A stretch of 64,000 nt of DNA from Octopus vulgaris. Its lineage: Eukaryota. This document shows positions 1-12,418 of the stretch, one piece after another; the stretch's first letter is position 1, and each line of letters begins with the position of its first letter. The notes beneath the pieces were generated by a model. The model was not told where the DNA came from, did not search any database, and saw nothing but the letters and a program-made list of their open reading frames with translations. Location: positions 930,001 to 994,000 of the forward strand of contig OX597828.1 of NCBI GenBank assembly GCA_951406725.2, in the 5' to 3' direction. The position numbers and the translations under genes are program-made.

Positions 1-134
1 CATTTTTGCTAGTACATACGCGGTGAAGCTATACATTAGCGTCGTATTATTACGTTCGCTATTTCCAGTAAATATCGGTACTTCGTTGTGCCATATATTT
101 ACTTCTTTGTATATATATATATATATATATAAAT

Positions 135-388
135 ATAGTCCCCAGATCTCAATATTATTTATGGTGCATTTTAGAAAAACAAATGAGGAGTCAATATCCT
201 CCACCATCATCACTACAAGAACTGGAGACTGTTTTAGCTGAAGAATGGACAAAAATTCCTTTGGAAACTGAACGAGTCCATACCTTGTAGAATTCAAGCA
301 ATAATTACTGCAAAAGACAGACAAACACCATATTAAAATTAATTTTTTTGAAATTTTAAGGTGTTTCCATTATTTTGTCCGACCCCTG
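135..388 (+). mobile_element. Tc1-like DNA transposon, 3' remnant (transposase C-terminus and right TIR)
   Basis: Frame fragments EEWTKIP and RIQAIITAKDRQTPY* resemble the end of Tc1 transposases; ends ...ttttgtccgacccctg followed by TA. Confidence 0.6.
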
Positions 389-417
389 TATATATCTATA
401 CATATATATATATATTA

Positions 418-456
<39 letters not shown>

Positions 457-488
457 AATGTATAATAACATATGATGGTTAATTGTCA

Positions 489-575
489 GCTCATTACAAA
501 TGTTTCGTATGCATTTTTAAATAGAATAATACAATCATTACTTCATTACAAAAAACCATAATCATCAGATGAAGC
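489..575 (-). ncRNA. Type I hammerhead ribozyme motif with long stem II
   Basis: Minus strand reads tcat-CTGATGA-(about 55 nt, tatg/cata stem)-GAAA-CATTT-GTA-atga. Stem I is tcat/atga, the cleavage triplet GUA. The first stem II pair is mismatched. Confidence 0.65.
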
Positions 576-744
576 ATAATTTTAAAAACAAAAGAATTTA
601 TGAAGAAAATACAGCAGCAACATAGCTGAAGTCTGTCGAGGTGTACCATGAAATGAGAGAATAAGTAACAAAATTGGCAGTTGTGGGCCTGAAGTGGTGG
701 AGTTAGGTTAAGAATTTAGCTTGTGAAAGGGTGTAATATGATAT

Positions 745-1638
745 TTATGCTTTATACGATTTGCCAATTCTGACTGTTTTTCTTTGATTGCTTCCTCCAG
801 TTTCATTAGTTGTTGACAGTAAACATTTGATCGTTTGGTTCCTTGGAAGCAGCTCAAAATGCACAACACCTTTGTAATCCCACCAAATTGACAGTATGAC
901 CTGTTTTTTATGCAGTTTGGCTTTTGATATGTTTTATGCTGATTCATTACACTTGGACTGTGATCGTTTTCAATTGATGTTATTGTAGACAATTCATTTT
1001 TCATCACCAGTGATGATTCGTTTAAAAAAAAAGGTCGATTTCATTGCATTAGTGATGTATATTGCAAATATTGATTCATTGTGTTAAGTGAATCTCTTTC
1101 AATTTATGTGGAACCCAAATATTGAGTTTCTTAATGAGCCCAAGATATTTTAAGTGATTTTCAATTGTTGAGTGTGATACATTTAACCGCTCTACAATCG
1201 CTTGCACAGTTATATGACAATCAGACTCAATTATGGCTTTGATTCAGTCATCATCAACTTCAGTAGGTCGACCAGAACGTTGGTCATCTTTGAGTGAAAA
1301 ATCTCCAGAATGGAATTTTTAAAACCATTTCTGACATGTGTGTTCTGTTAAACAATCAACACCATAAACTTCACACATCTCTTTGTGAGCCTCGACAGCT
1401 TTCTTGCCTTTACGGAAATAAAAAAGTAAAATATGGCGAAAATGACCGTTTTTACACTCCATGTTAAAATTGACACTGAACTAACAGCTTTAAACAAAAT
1501 TACGTGCAATTTGCTTCTAAAGTAAGCTAGAAGTAACAGCTATCAACAGGAAAAAAATCATAACATTGACAAAAGTCATTCAAAAACATTGTTAACTATC
1601 TATTTGTGAATAACGAAATTATTTTCTTGCCAACCCAA
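745..1638 (-). mobile_element. Decayed mariner (Mos1-like) transposon, 5' two-thirds
   Basis: TIR end ...cttgccaacccaa|TA at about 1638; MECKNGHFRHILLFYFRKGKKAVEAHKEMCEVYG from about 1462; SNVYCQQLMKLEEAIKEK in ORF 708..1007; stops and frameshifts. Confidence 0.85.
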
Positions 1639-1699
1639 TATAGGTGTGTAAATAAAGCCAATTAGATATAGCATCGGGGTTTAGGTTTCACTAGTTAAG

Positions 1700-3290
1700 G
1701 CTAAAGATCAAAGAGAGGAAGGCAGAGATACCATTGAATTTAGGGGTATTCTGTGGATATAGGTTGAATGTGGGGGAGGATATGAATGAAATTAAATTAT
1801 TAGTTTTAACTATTGTAGAATTGTAGAGTTTTGTGCAATTATTTTATCTGGTAAAGGAGAGAAAGATGTAGTATGTTGATACAGATACAAATATGTTATA
1901 TGGGATAGTGGAGGCCACTTGTAATATGAGGAGATGTGCACTTGGAAAGGAATTATTACTGTAACAAATAAGGTGTCAGGAAATACCTGGTAGAATAGTA
2001 GTGTACTACCCCTCATTAAGGAGTTCAAGAAATAAAGGAGTTACATAATAAATTTCACCTAATACTGAGTTAGAGGAAATACCATATTGGATATCTAAGT
2101 AAGCTGGTAGTGGGCAGTTGTCTATTGATTAGCAATTTGGAATGTTATATAGGTGGCATTGATATCATTTAATTAGGTAGTATAATCACCATTGTTTGAA
2201 TCAGGTGCTGCAACTCTGACCAATAATCGTGGGTAAGAACTTTGGATAGTGTGTTCCTCATTACTAAACTTGCACAGCACAAATAAAGGTAGAATTGGAA
2301 AAGTGCTGGCTAGGGTGTGCAGGCTGTGATTTTTAGCTTAAATATTATCACAATCGCTTATGTGTAAACCACATAATAGGTAAACCACAAATAGAGTGCA
2401 GCTCCTCCACTCCTATTACATGAAACCCATAGCTTCAAAATATGTTGTTCACAAGAACTCAGCTTTGTCACACAACATGAAAATTAACATACTGATAGTA
2501 GACTTAGTTGGAATAATGAACAATGTGTCCCCACTATGCAAACCCTATGAAACAAAAAACATACACAGAACATGCAGCTCTCTGGATATGATCAGAAAGA
2601 TAGGGTTAGAGTATATATGTGGGGCTAGAAAGAAATTAGACAACATACATACATACATACACACATACATTAATATATGCATGCACTGACCCACACACAT
2701 GTGCACAAACAAACAAAAAGGAACGCAGTGTAAATAACAGCTATTGAAAAGGTTGCAATACACAACGAAAATTTTAGGAAAATAAGAAATAAGTGGAAAT
2801 TTTACAAGTGAGTGTGTTAAATTATAAGGCACAAAAAGAAAATGACTCTCCCCAGACACAACAGAACATGCTTCAACACTCAAACTCACATAAAGAATCT
2901 TGCAAACCAAATCCAAAAACAAAACACAAATGGAGTGATTAGTTCCTTCAATATCGCATACTATGCGAATAATGTTAACTGGGTTATATAGTAAGAGTGG
3001 TTAGGAAGTAATGGAAAAGGAGAATGAGAATATAAGAACTCAGATGATTAAGCAAACTTTTGGGTCAACGGAAGAGGGAGTAAATTTGATTGGCTCTAGG
3101 TTAAGACCTATTATAGGGGTTATTTAATGTCCTTAAAATATTTAAAGGTACAGGTAGCCATACTCATAGGGTTGGCTTTCTCTGTGTACACAACTGGAGT
3201 ATCCTATTTGATATTTAGCAACCACAGGTGGTGACCACAGGTTTATCTAACCCGACCTGGTGCATATTTTTTCAAGTACCTGATTCTATC
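1700..3290 (-). mobile_element. Possible highly decayed Penelope-like RT remnants
   Basis: Scattered peptide fragments (HQVGLDKPVVTTCGC near 3230-3265; HTTSFSPLPDKIIAQNSTILQ near 1810-1880) weakly resemble PLE RT motifs; no intact frame. Confidence 0.3.
2396..2640 (+). mobile_element. Penelope-like RT thumb-region fragment
   Basis: HSYYMKPIASKYVVHKNSALSHNMKINILIVDLVGIMNNVSP resembles the Y-x-KP...H..SAL...K...L thumb segment of PLE reverse transcriptases. Confidence 0.45.
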
Positions 3291-3359
3291 TGAATCCTTA
3301 ATATCCTCATATATATATATATATATATATATACAGACACACACAGATATATGTATATA

Positions 3360-4468
3360 TTAGGTTGTCCGGAAAGTTTGTGCTGATTTTTAAAGGAAAG
3401 AAAAAGGTCAATAAATACTTGCCATTACATTTTTAATCAACTAAATATGAACCATTTTGTTGCATAATCCGTCTCCATCTTTCTTTTAACTTGAAAATAC
3501 CCTCTTCCCAGAACTGAGGTGGTTTCATGGCAAAGAATTCATCAAGGTATCTTTTTACGTCATCCAAAGAATTGAAATTTTTACCATTAAGACTATTCTG
3601 CAGAGACATGAATAAGTAGAAATCCAAAGAAGCAATATCTGGTGAAATTGGAGGGTGGGGTAACACATCCCAGCTGAGCTGCAGCAATTTTTGTCTGGTT
3701 GCCTAAGAAATATGCGGTTGGAAAACAACACCCTTCCTGTTGGTCAATTCTGGACGTTTCTCTTGAATTGCTGTTTTTGACTCGTCCAGTTGTGCTTACT
3801 CCAGGATCACTTTCTCTGAACATTTCGGTAGATAATCCATTTCTCATCACCTGTCACAATTTGCTTTAAAAAAGGCTTGTTTTCATTCCATTTATAAAGT
3901 GAATCACAGATGGAAATGCGATCCAACTCATGTGGTACCCAAACATCGTAGCAATTTGTGTACCCAAGCTTTACCAGGTGCTCATGAACAACGAATTTTG
4001 ATAAGTTGAGGCTTTCTGCCAATTCTCGGGTTGTGCAATGTGGGTTATTCTCAATTAATGACTTGATTTGGTCATCATCTGTAGCGGATGGTCTGCCTGA
4101 TCGCTCTTTATCAATAAGGCTACAATCTCCAGCTTGGAACCTTGCAAACCACTTCCGTACAGTTCTTTTGGATAAAGAAACATCACCGTAAACTGCGCAT
4201 ATTTCTTTGGTTGCTTGTGAGGCATTTTTCCCTTTACAGAAAAAGAAAAGCATCAAGTGCCGAAAATGAACTTTCTTATCTTCCATTTTAAAGGGTTACA
4301 GAATTAACACAGGTTATAGGAACATAAACCTTCTTTGACGAAAAGATAGCTTAAACTGTGCTCTAAATGGAGGTGTAGTCAAATCCTATTTTATGGACTC
4401 AATACTGTTCTAAAATAAGTCGAAAGGTAAGCTACTATAAATCTGCACAAACTTTCCACACAACCCAA
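3360..4468 (-). mobile_element. Mariner element with both TIRs and a disrupted transposase
   Basis: TA-flanked imperfect TIRs (ttaggttgtccggaaagtttgtgc / gcacaaactttccacacaacccaa). ORFs 3807..4286 and 3433..3687 contain the HTH, WVPHEL, TGDEKW and HPPISPDIASLDFYLF motifs; the second catalytic Asp region is deleted. Confidence 0.95.
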
Positions 4469-4475
4469 TATATAA

Positions 4476-4515
<40 letters not shown>

Positions 4516-6041
4516 GCCCCTGGAAGCTCCTCTGTGCTGATGACCTTGCTCTAATTGCTGAGTCACTATCAGAACTAGAGGAGAAGTTTCAGGTGTGGAA
4601 ACAAGGATTACAATCGAAGGGCCTAAGAGTCAACCTAGCTAAAACCTGGCTTCCTAATAAGTAGGAAGGCAGACAAACCACAAATCCCTTCAGGTAGATG
4701 GCCCTGCTAAATCTGTAGAAAAGGCATAGGTAGAAACTCTATAAGATGTACCCAGTGTAAGCTATGGACACATAAAAGGTGCAGCAATATCAAAAGAAGG
4801 CTGACTGAGAAGATAGCTTTTATATGTGGCAGATGCTCAGGAGCAATAAACACTGAAAATGTGCAGAGAACAACTTCCGCCACATTCCAGGGAGAAAAAC
4901 TACAAGTCATTGATAGCTTCCATTACCTATGTGACCAAGTCAGTAGCTGGGGTGGATGCTCTGAAAGTGTACCTACTAGAATAAGTATAACCTGGGCAAA
5001 GTTCAGAGAGCTCCCACCTCTGCTGGTGACAAAGGGCCTCTCACTCAGAGTAAAAGGTAGACTGTATGACGCATGTGTATGAATGACCATGCTACATGGC
5101 AGTGAAACATGGGCCGTGACTGCAGAGGACATACATAAACTTGCAAGGAACAAAGCTAGTATGCTCCGATAGATGTGTAATGTCAGTGTGCATACTTGAC
5201 AGAGTGTAAGTACCTTGAGAGAAAAGTTGGACCTAAGAAGCATCAGATGTGGTGTGCAAGAGAGATGACTGTGCTGGTATGGTTATGTGGCGAGAATGGA
5301 TGAGGATAGCTGTGTGAAGAAGTATCACACCCTAGTGGTTGAGGGTACCTGTGGAAAAGGTAGACCTGGGAGAGGTGGTGAAGCATGACCTTTGAACATT
5401 AGGCCTCACCAAGGCAGTGATTAGTGACCGAGACCTTTGGAAATATGCTGTGCTTGAGAAGACCCAGCAAGCTTAAGTGAGACCATAACTCGTGGCCTAT
5501 GCCAGTGGTGTAACCAGCCCACTTATGCGTACTTTTCCTTCATTGGACACTCAACTCTGCTTGCGAAGACCTGTTGAGGCAAGTGAAATCAAAATCAAAT
5601 TCGATGACAGCACTGCATGACTGGCATCCATGCTAGTGGAGCGCTAAGAACACCATCTGAGCATGATTGTTGCCAGGGCCGCTGACTGGCTCCTGTGCCG
5701 GTGGCACGTAAAAAGCACCATCCAAGCGTGATCATTACCAGCATCGCCTTACTGGCACTTGTGCCCGTGGCACAGGAAAAACGTTTGAGCGAGGTCGTTA
5801 CCAGTGCCACTGGACTGGCTCCTGTGCAAGTGGCACATAAAAACACCATTTGAACATTGCCAGTACTGCCTGACTGGCCCTCTCGGAGTGGTTGGCATTA
5901 GGAAGGGCATCTAGCTGTAGAAACTTTGCCAGATCAGATTGGAGCCTGGTGCATCATATGGCTCGCCAGTCCTCAGTGAAACCGTCCAACCCATGCCAGC
6001 ATGGAAAGCGGTCATTAAATGATGATAATGATGATGATGAT
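4516..6041 (+). mobile_element. RTE-clade LINE, 5'-truncated decayed copy
   Basis: Starts at the PWELLYADD-like segment, then PHD-like cysteines, LSLRVKGRLYDACV, a repeat-containing 3' UTR and a (GAT)n tail; several stops. Confidence 0.9.
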
Positions 6042-6045
6042 ATAT

Positions 6046-9000
6046 ACAGGCAAGGAACACAGGTACAAGATTTTCTGGGCAGGGAACACAGACGGGGTTG
6101 GGGGCGTGGGTATACTTCTTGCGGAGAAATGGGTAGATAAGGTAATCGAGGTAGTCAGAGTAAGTGATAGAGTACTTAAGATTAGATTAGTGCTTCACCA
6201 TAGGTCAGCTACCATCATCTCGGCATATGCCCCTCAACCAGGGCTACCGGAAGGACAAAAAGACCAATTCTACGACACCCTATTGCAGACTACCTCGTTG
6301 ACAAATGACAGTGACCTTCTCTTTGTGGCAGGTGATTTCAATGGACATGTTGGACGGCATGTCGGGGGCTTCCATGGCGTTCATGGAGGCTACGGTTTTG
6401 GCTCTCGAAATGAGGAGGGAACCAGGCTGCTGGAGTTCTGCGATGCAAATGACCTTATGGTTTGCAATACCAACTTCAGGAAACCCACCTCTCACCTAGT
6501 CACCTACCGTTCTGGCAGACACACTAGTCAGATTGACTACGTCCTCGCCAGAAAGAGGGAAAGAGGGCTGCTTATAAATGCCAAAACCTTTCCAGGCGAA
6601 GAATGTACTCCTCAACATAGATTAGTAGTTAGCGACATCAGGATCAGAGCTAAATGGTTGCCCAGAAGAAGACCAGCTTGGAGGAGAAGGGTCTGGAAGC
6701 TTAAGGATCCTGCAAATGGACAGAGATTTTGAGACATACTACTCAAAGCCTTTGACGAAATAGAAGGAGATATAGCTTCACTTAATGTGGAAGACAACTG
6801 GAGATTTCTACGGGACAATCTGCTGACAGCCACTGACCAGATCTGTGGATGGAGCAAAGTCCCATCTCGACCCAGAGTAACGTGGTGGTGGAACAAGGTG
6901 GTTGACAGGGCTATTAGACAAAAGAAACAGGCTTGGAGGGAGTGGAAGAACGGTGGTAGCAGGGAATTGTATCAGACAGCCAGAAGGGAAGCTAGGAGAC
7001 AGGTGTATTTAGCCAGAGGGGAAGCGGATAAGAAAAAATTTGCCAATGTTCTGCGCCGTGAGGATGAAAGACTTGAGGTATTTCGTGTTGCAAGACAGTG
7101 TGTGAGAGAGAATCGTGATGTGGTAGGAGAGAAATGTGTCCGCATGGATGATGGTTCACTTGCGCTAAATGAGGATGCAAAGAGAGAGGTTTGGAGATGC
7201 CACTATGAAAGGTTGCTGAATAAAGAAAATGAATGGGATAAAGAGAGTCTGCCAAATGTCAACCCAACAGAGGGACCAGCCATCCAAGTTGACAGTTCCA
7301 AGGTAGTTAAGGCAATTAGAAGCATGAAGACAGGGAAAGCCCCAGGCCCATCAGGAATTACTGCAGAGATGCTCAAAATATCTGGCAGTGTCGGCTATAA
7401 CCTACTCACCCGTATAGTTAACCAGGTGATACACGAAGGGGTCAAACCCAATGACTGGTGTAGCAGCATACTAGTCAACTGTTACAAAGGTAAAGGAGAT
7501 GCCCTAGATACAAATAATTACAGAGGTATCAAGCTGTTGGATCAGGTAATGAAGGTTACAGAGAGGGTCATAGCCCAACTGATTAGGGAGAGAGTCAACT
7601 TTGACGAGATGCAGTTTGGTTTCATGCCAGGGAAAAGCACCACTGATGCCATATTTCTGGTGAGACAGCTGCAGGAGAAATATCTAGCAAAAGATAAGCC
7701 CCTGTACCTGGCTTTCGTTGACATGGAGAAGCCTTTGACAGGGTCCCCCGATCCCTTATCTGGTGGTCAATGAGGAAACTAGGGATAGATGAATGGCTGG
7801 TGAGGGCTGTGCAAGCCATGTACAGGGATGCCGTAAGTAAGGTTAGGGTTGGCAACATGTACACAGAAGAATTCAAAGTAGAGGTTGGGGTCCACCAGGG
7901 TTCAGTACTCAGCCCCCTCCTATTTATCATAGTCCTCCAGGCAATTACGGAGGAATTCAAGACAGGTTGCCCCTGGGAGCTCCTATATGCTGACGACCTT
8001 GCTATAATTGCTGAGTCACTATCAGAACTGGAGGAGAAGTTCCAGGTGTGGAAGGAGGGTCTTGAATCGAGGGGCCTTAGAGTCAACCTAGCTAAAACCA
8101 AAGTACTAATAAGTAGGAAGGTAGAAAATCCACAAATGTCTTCAGGAAGATGGCCCTGCTCGATCTGTAGAAAAGGTGTAGGTAGAAACTCTATAAGATG
8201 TACCCAGTGTAAGCTATGGACACATAAGAGGTGCAGCAATGTCAAAGGAAGGCTAACTGGGAAGATAGTTTTTGTATGTGGCAGATGCTCAGGAGCATTA
8301 ACCTCTGAAATCTGCAGAAAACAACTTCCGTCACTTTCCAGGGGAAAAAACTAGAAGTAGTTGATAGCTTCCGTTATCTTGGTGACCAAGTCAGTAGTGG
8401 GGGTGGGTGTGGTGAAAGTGTAAGAATAGCCTGGGCAAAGTTTAGGGAGCTCTTACCTCTGCTGGTGACTAAAGGCCTCTCGCTCAGAGTAAAAGGCAGA
8501 CTGTATGATGCATGTGTACGAACAGCCATGCTACATGGCAGTGAAACATGGGCCGTGACTGCTGAGGACATACGTAAGCTCGCGAGAAATGAAGCCAGTA
8601 TGCTCCGATGGATGTGTAATGTCAGTTTGCATGCTCGACAGAGCGTTAGTACCCTGAGAGAAATGTTGGACTTAAGGAGCATCAGTTGTGATGTGCAAGA
8701 GAGACAATTGCGCTGGTATGGTCATGTGGCGAGAATGGATGAAGATAGGTGTGTGAAAAAGTGCCAATCCCTAGCAGTGGAGGGAGGGAACCCGTGGAAG
8801 AGGTAGACCCAGGAAAACTTGGGCTGAGGTGGTGAAGCACGACCTTCGAACTTTAGGTCTCACTGAGGAAATGACCTGCGACCGAGACCTTTGGAAATAT
8901 GCTGTGCGTGAAAAGACCAGGCAGGACAAGTGAGTCCAGCCCACTTATGCATGCCTTTCCTCCCTTGGACACACAAAGACCTGTTGAGGCAAGCGAAGTC

Positions 9001-9535
9001 GATATCAAACCTCATCCGACGACAGGCACCTATGCCTACCCCACTTTGCTTGCGAAGACCTGTTGGGGCAAGTGAAATCGAAATCGGAATCGAAATTGAA
9101 CGAATCCTATGACTGGCACCTGGCAGATGCCAGGACCCCTGGACTGGAGATACGTAAAAAGCCCTATCCAAATCGTGGCCGATGCCAGCACCGCCTCGAC
9201 TGGCTTCCGTGTCGGTGGCACGTAAAAAGCACCATCCGAATCGTGGTCAAAGCCAGTGCCGCCTCGACTGGCTTCTGTGCAGGTGGCACGTAAAATGCAC
9301 CAATCCGACCGTGGCCGATGCCAGCCTCGCCTGGCTCCAGTGCAGGTGGCACATAAAAAGCACCCACTACACTCACGGAGTGGTTGGTGTTAGGAAGGGC
9401 ATCCAGCTGTAGAAACATTGCCAGATAAGACCGGAGCCTGGTGCAGCCTTCTGGCTTCCCAGATCCCCGGTTGAGCCATCCAACCCATGCTAGCATGGAG
9501 AACAGACGTTAAACGATGATGATGATGATGATGAT
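6046..9535 (+). mobile_element. RTE-clade LINE, near-complete APE endonuclease + RT + PHD ORF with few lesions
   Basis: APE motifs (SAYAPQ, GDFNGH, SQIDY); RT motifs (KAPGPSG, NYRGIKLL, QFGF, AFVDMEK, GVHQGSVLSP, YADD); C4HC3 finger; one stop at 6730 and frameshifts near 7730 and 8310; (GAT)n tail at 9515-9535. Confidence 0.95.
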
Positions 9536-9589
9536 ATATATATACATACATACACACACAGATATATATATAGACATACATATATATTT

Positions 9590-11152
9590 TTAGTTTCAGT
9601 CCAAGGACTGCAGCTATGCTGGGGCCGTTTACTTTGCTACACTTTTCTTAAACATCCTCTGATGTGTGACATTTGGTGGATGTGGAAGTTTGACATTGCT
9701 GCCCTCATCTGTGCTTCTTGCCTTGAGGTAGGTTCATCCAGAACTCTTGACAGAAGGAGATCTAGTTTTGTTTTGAAAAAGCCTACATCCATGCTATGCA
9801 GGTCTCTCAGGTTTTGTGGGAGGATATTGAAGAGCTGTAGGCCTTTGAAACCCAGAGTGTTGCAGTATCTGGTTCTGTATCCTGATGGCAATATTGGGGT
9901 TTGTGGTACTATACAGTGGTGTCCCATCCTTCTGTTTATGTAACTGACAATGCCAAAGTTTGACACAAGTTTTTCTAGGATTTTCCAGGTGGATATCACT
10001 GCATATCTTTCCCACCTTCACCCCAGGGAGTAAAATCTTAACTCTTTCAGTCTTTCCCGATAGCTGATATGTTGCATTGTGTCGACCTTCTTCATGTAAC
10101 TTTGCTGGATTGCCTCAAGTTCTGTTGCTAATTTTACACTGTTTGGTGACCACAGTTGGGAGCAGTAATCCAGACAGCTGAGGATTAAAGTCCTCCAGAG
10201 GTCAATCATGGTTTCCTTTTCTCTTGTTTTGAAAGTTCAAAGGATCCAGCCAGCCAGATGTCTGCATTTTATTGCCAACTTAGTAATGTGCACTTGGAAA
10301 GATGCATCATTACTCATGTTGATGCCCAGGTCAAGCACTGATTTTGATTCAGGAATTGGGATCCCTTCTCAGCTAGTGTATCCTATCTGCTTTTCATTGA
10401 GTTTCCTGTGTTGGTAGCACAGGGCTTGGAATTTTCCAGCATTAAACTGCACATTATTTTCCTCAGCCCAACTCATGTTTTAGATGCTCAATGTCTCCAG
10501 GGTCCTGCATCCTCTGAGAGACTTTTGTATTGTCTGCATAGCTAGCAAGGGTGGCTATCTGAGCAGCTGACAGCATATCAGTGAGGGCCAGTATGAATAG
10601 CAGGGGCCCCCAGAACAGTGTCCTGTAGAATACTACTCATTATCTGTGTTTCCTTGGAGGTAACCCCATTGACCACTATTACCTGACTTCTATCTCTTAG
10701 AAAGTCATGTAGCCATTCTCCAAGTTTTCCATCTACGCCAGGATTTCACAGCTTGTGGCAAAAAAATACCATGGTCAACTTTATCAAAGGCTTTTGCAAA
10801 GTCGAGGTATACCACATCCACATTTGAGTTGTTGAGCAGCTGCATCAGCACCCAGTCATAATGCTGCAAGAGCATATCAGATAGCTTCTTCCTGGTCAAA
10901 AATAATGCTGGGTGTCAGTCAACAAGCCATTCTCTTTAAGGAATGCAATTAATTTCCTTCAGACTATTCGTTCCATAACTTTGCTGAAGTGTGAGGTCAG
11001 AGAGATAGGCCTATAGTTTTTAGCATCTGCTCTACTTCCTCCCTTATGGATAGAGCATATTATTCCCTCCTTTAGTTTGTCCGGGAGTTTACCATTTGTG
11101 AGGAAGCTCTGAAAAAGTAGCTGCAATGGTTTTGCAAGGACTTGTTTGCATA
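9590..11152 (-). mobile_element. CR1-like LINE, 5'-truncated and decayed
   Basis: NYRPISLTSH, YLDFAKAFDKVDHG and DYCSQLWSP in broken frames; same family and tail as 24540-26418. Confidence 0.9.
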
Positions 11153-11307
11153 TATGCAAATATATACATATATATATTTGTTTTGCAAGATTTTTGATGT
11201 GAAATTGTGTGTTGAAACAAATATGGTTGTATTTCGGAATGGTCATTTTGCCAGTTTAGCCAATAAAAACACACGCACTATATATTTGGTGTTACTTTGA
11301 TTCAGCA

Positions 11308-11367
11308 TTATTTATTTTTTACATTAATCTTAATCTTAAGATTAAGATTAATGTAAAGAATAAATAA
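11308..11367. repeat. 60-bp spacer-less palindrome with one mismatch
   Basis: ttatttattttttacattaatcttaatctt|aagattaagattaatgtaaagaataaataa, centred between 11337 and 11338. Confidence 0.9.
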
Positions 11368-11623
11368 GATGTCCCAGTTGTATCTGATTCACCAAGTGTT
11401 TCAATTTTGTGTATGTACATACATTTACTTGATTGCAAACATTTATTAATGGTTTTTCCCTTTGTGTTGATGTGCCATTTTCTATCATTAACAAAACTGT
11501 CGGCATTTTTTATGACACATGGGTATGTTAGTTTTTTGGTTTTTTGGGGTTTTTTTTTTCTTGTTTCAGCTCAGAGATGGGGCTATGCTGATGCACCACT
11601 GTTATATATATATATAATCAATA

Positions 11624-11778
11624 TCATCATCATCATCATCATCATCATCATTTAGCATCCGTTTTCCATGCTAGCATGGGTTGGACGGTTTAACTGGGGT
11701 CTGTAAAGCCGGAAGGCTTCATCAGGCCCAGTCAGATTTGGCAGTGTTTCTACGGCTGGATGCCCTTCCTAACGCCAA
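11624..11778 (-). mobile_element. RTE 3'-tail fragment
   Basis: (CAT)n followed by the reverse complement of the RTE terminus (ccatgctagcatgg...ggatgcccttcctaacgcc). Confidence 0.85.
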
Positions 11779-11901
11779 TATATATATATATATATAACTA
11801 AACGTCCTCATGTTGTTGTGTTTTCATGTATGGATTAATTATATATATATATATATATAACTAAACAAAATTGTGCTCAGGAAAGGAAAGAAAGAAGGAG
11901 G

Positions 11902-11936
11902 ATTTAACATTTCGAGCGGAGCTCTTCGTCAGAAAC
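11902..11936 (-). ncRNA. Minimal hammerhead ribozyme motif, probably degenerate
   Basis: Minus strand reads gttt-CTGACGA-a-gagc-tcc-gctc-GAAA-T-GTT-aaat; stem I ttt/aaa, very short stem III. Confidence 0.5.
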
Positions 11937-12244
11937 ATAGGAAAAGGAAAGATCCGAGGAAGGGAAGGGACATAGAAATGAGCATGTGTGTGTGTATGCA
12001 GAATACATTTTGTAATATTTGTTGATAATCTGAGATAATTTCCATTGAATTATTGACTGATGAATCAGATAGAAAAGATGAACAATTTGAATAATTTTTT
12101 CTTTAATTCTGTTCAATCTATTCTTGATTTTCTGTTGGATACCACCAAAAAGATGAAATGGGAGCTGACTGCAATGGTGTCACTGATTTTAATGATAACC
12201 CTTTCTACCATAATCACAAAGCCTGACATTTTGGCGGAGAGGAC

Positions 12245-12418
12245 TTGTCGATTCTGTTGACTCCAATGTTTCACTGGTACTTAATTTATCGACCCCCGAA
12301 AGGATGAAAGGTAAAGTTGGCCACGGTGGAATTTGAACTTAGAATGTAGAGACAGATATGAAATGCTGCTAAGCGTTTTGCCCAGCGTGCTAACGATTCT
12401 GCCAGCTCGCTGCCTTAG
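12245..12418 (-). mobile_element. tRNA-derived SINE, second family
   Basis: Minus strand head aggcagcgagctggcagaatcgttagc with a B-box-like agttcaaattcc, then cctttcatcctttcgggggtcgataaattaagtacc. Confidence 0.65.

Noticed and set aside
238-275. CTGAAGA...GAAAC on the + strand
   Set aside because: It lies in Tc1 transposase coding remnant (AEEW) and the helices do not form.
4923-8682. Minus-strand ORFs overlapping the RTE copies (e.g. 4923..5243, 7622..8245, 8374..8682)
   Set aside because: Antisense shadows of the LINE coding frame with no recognisable motifs.
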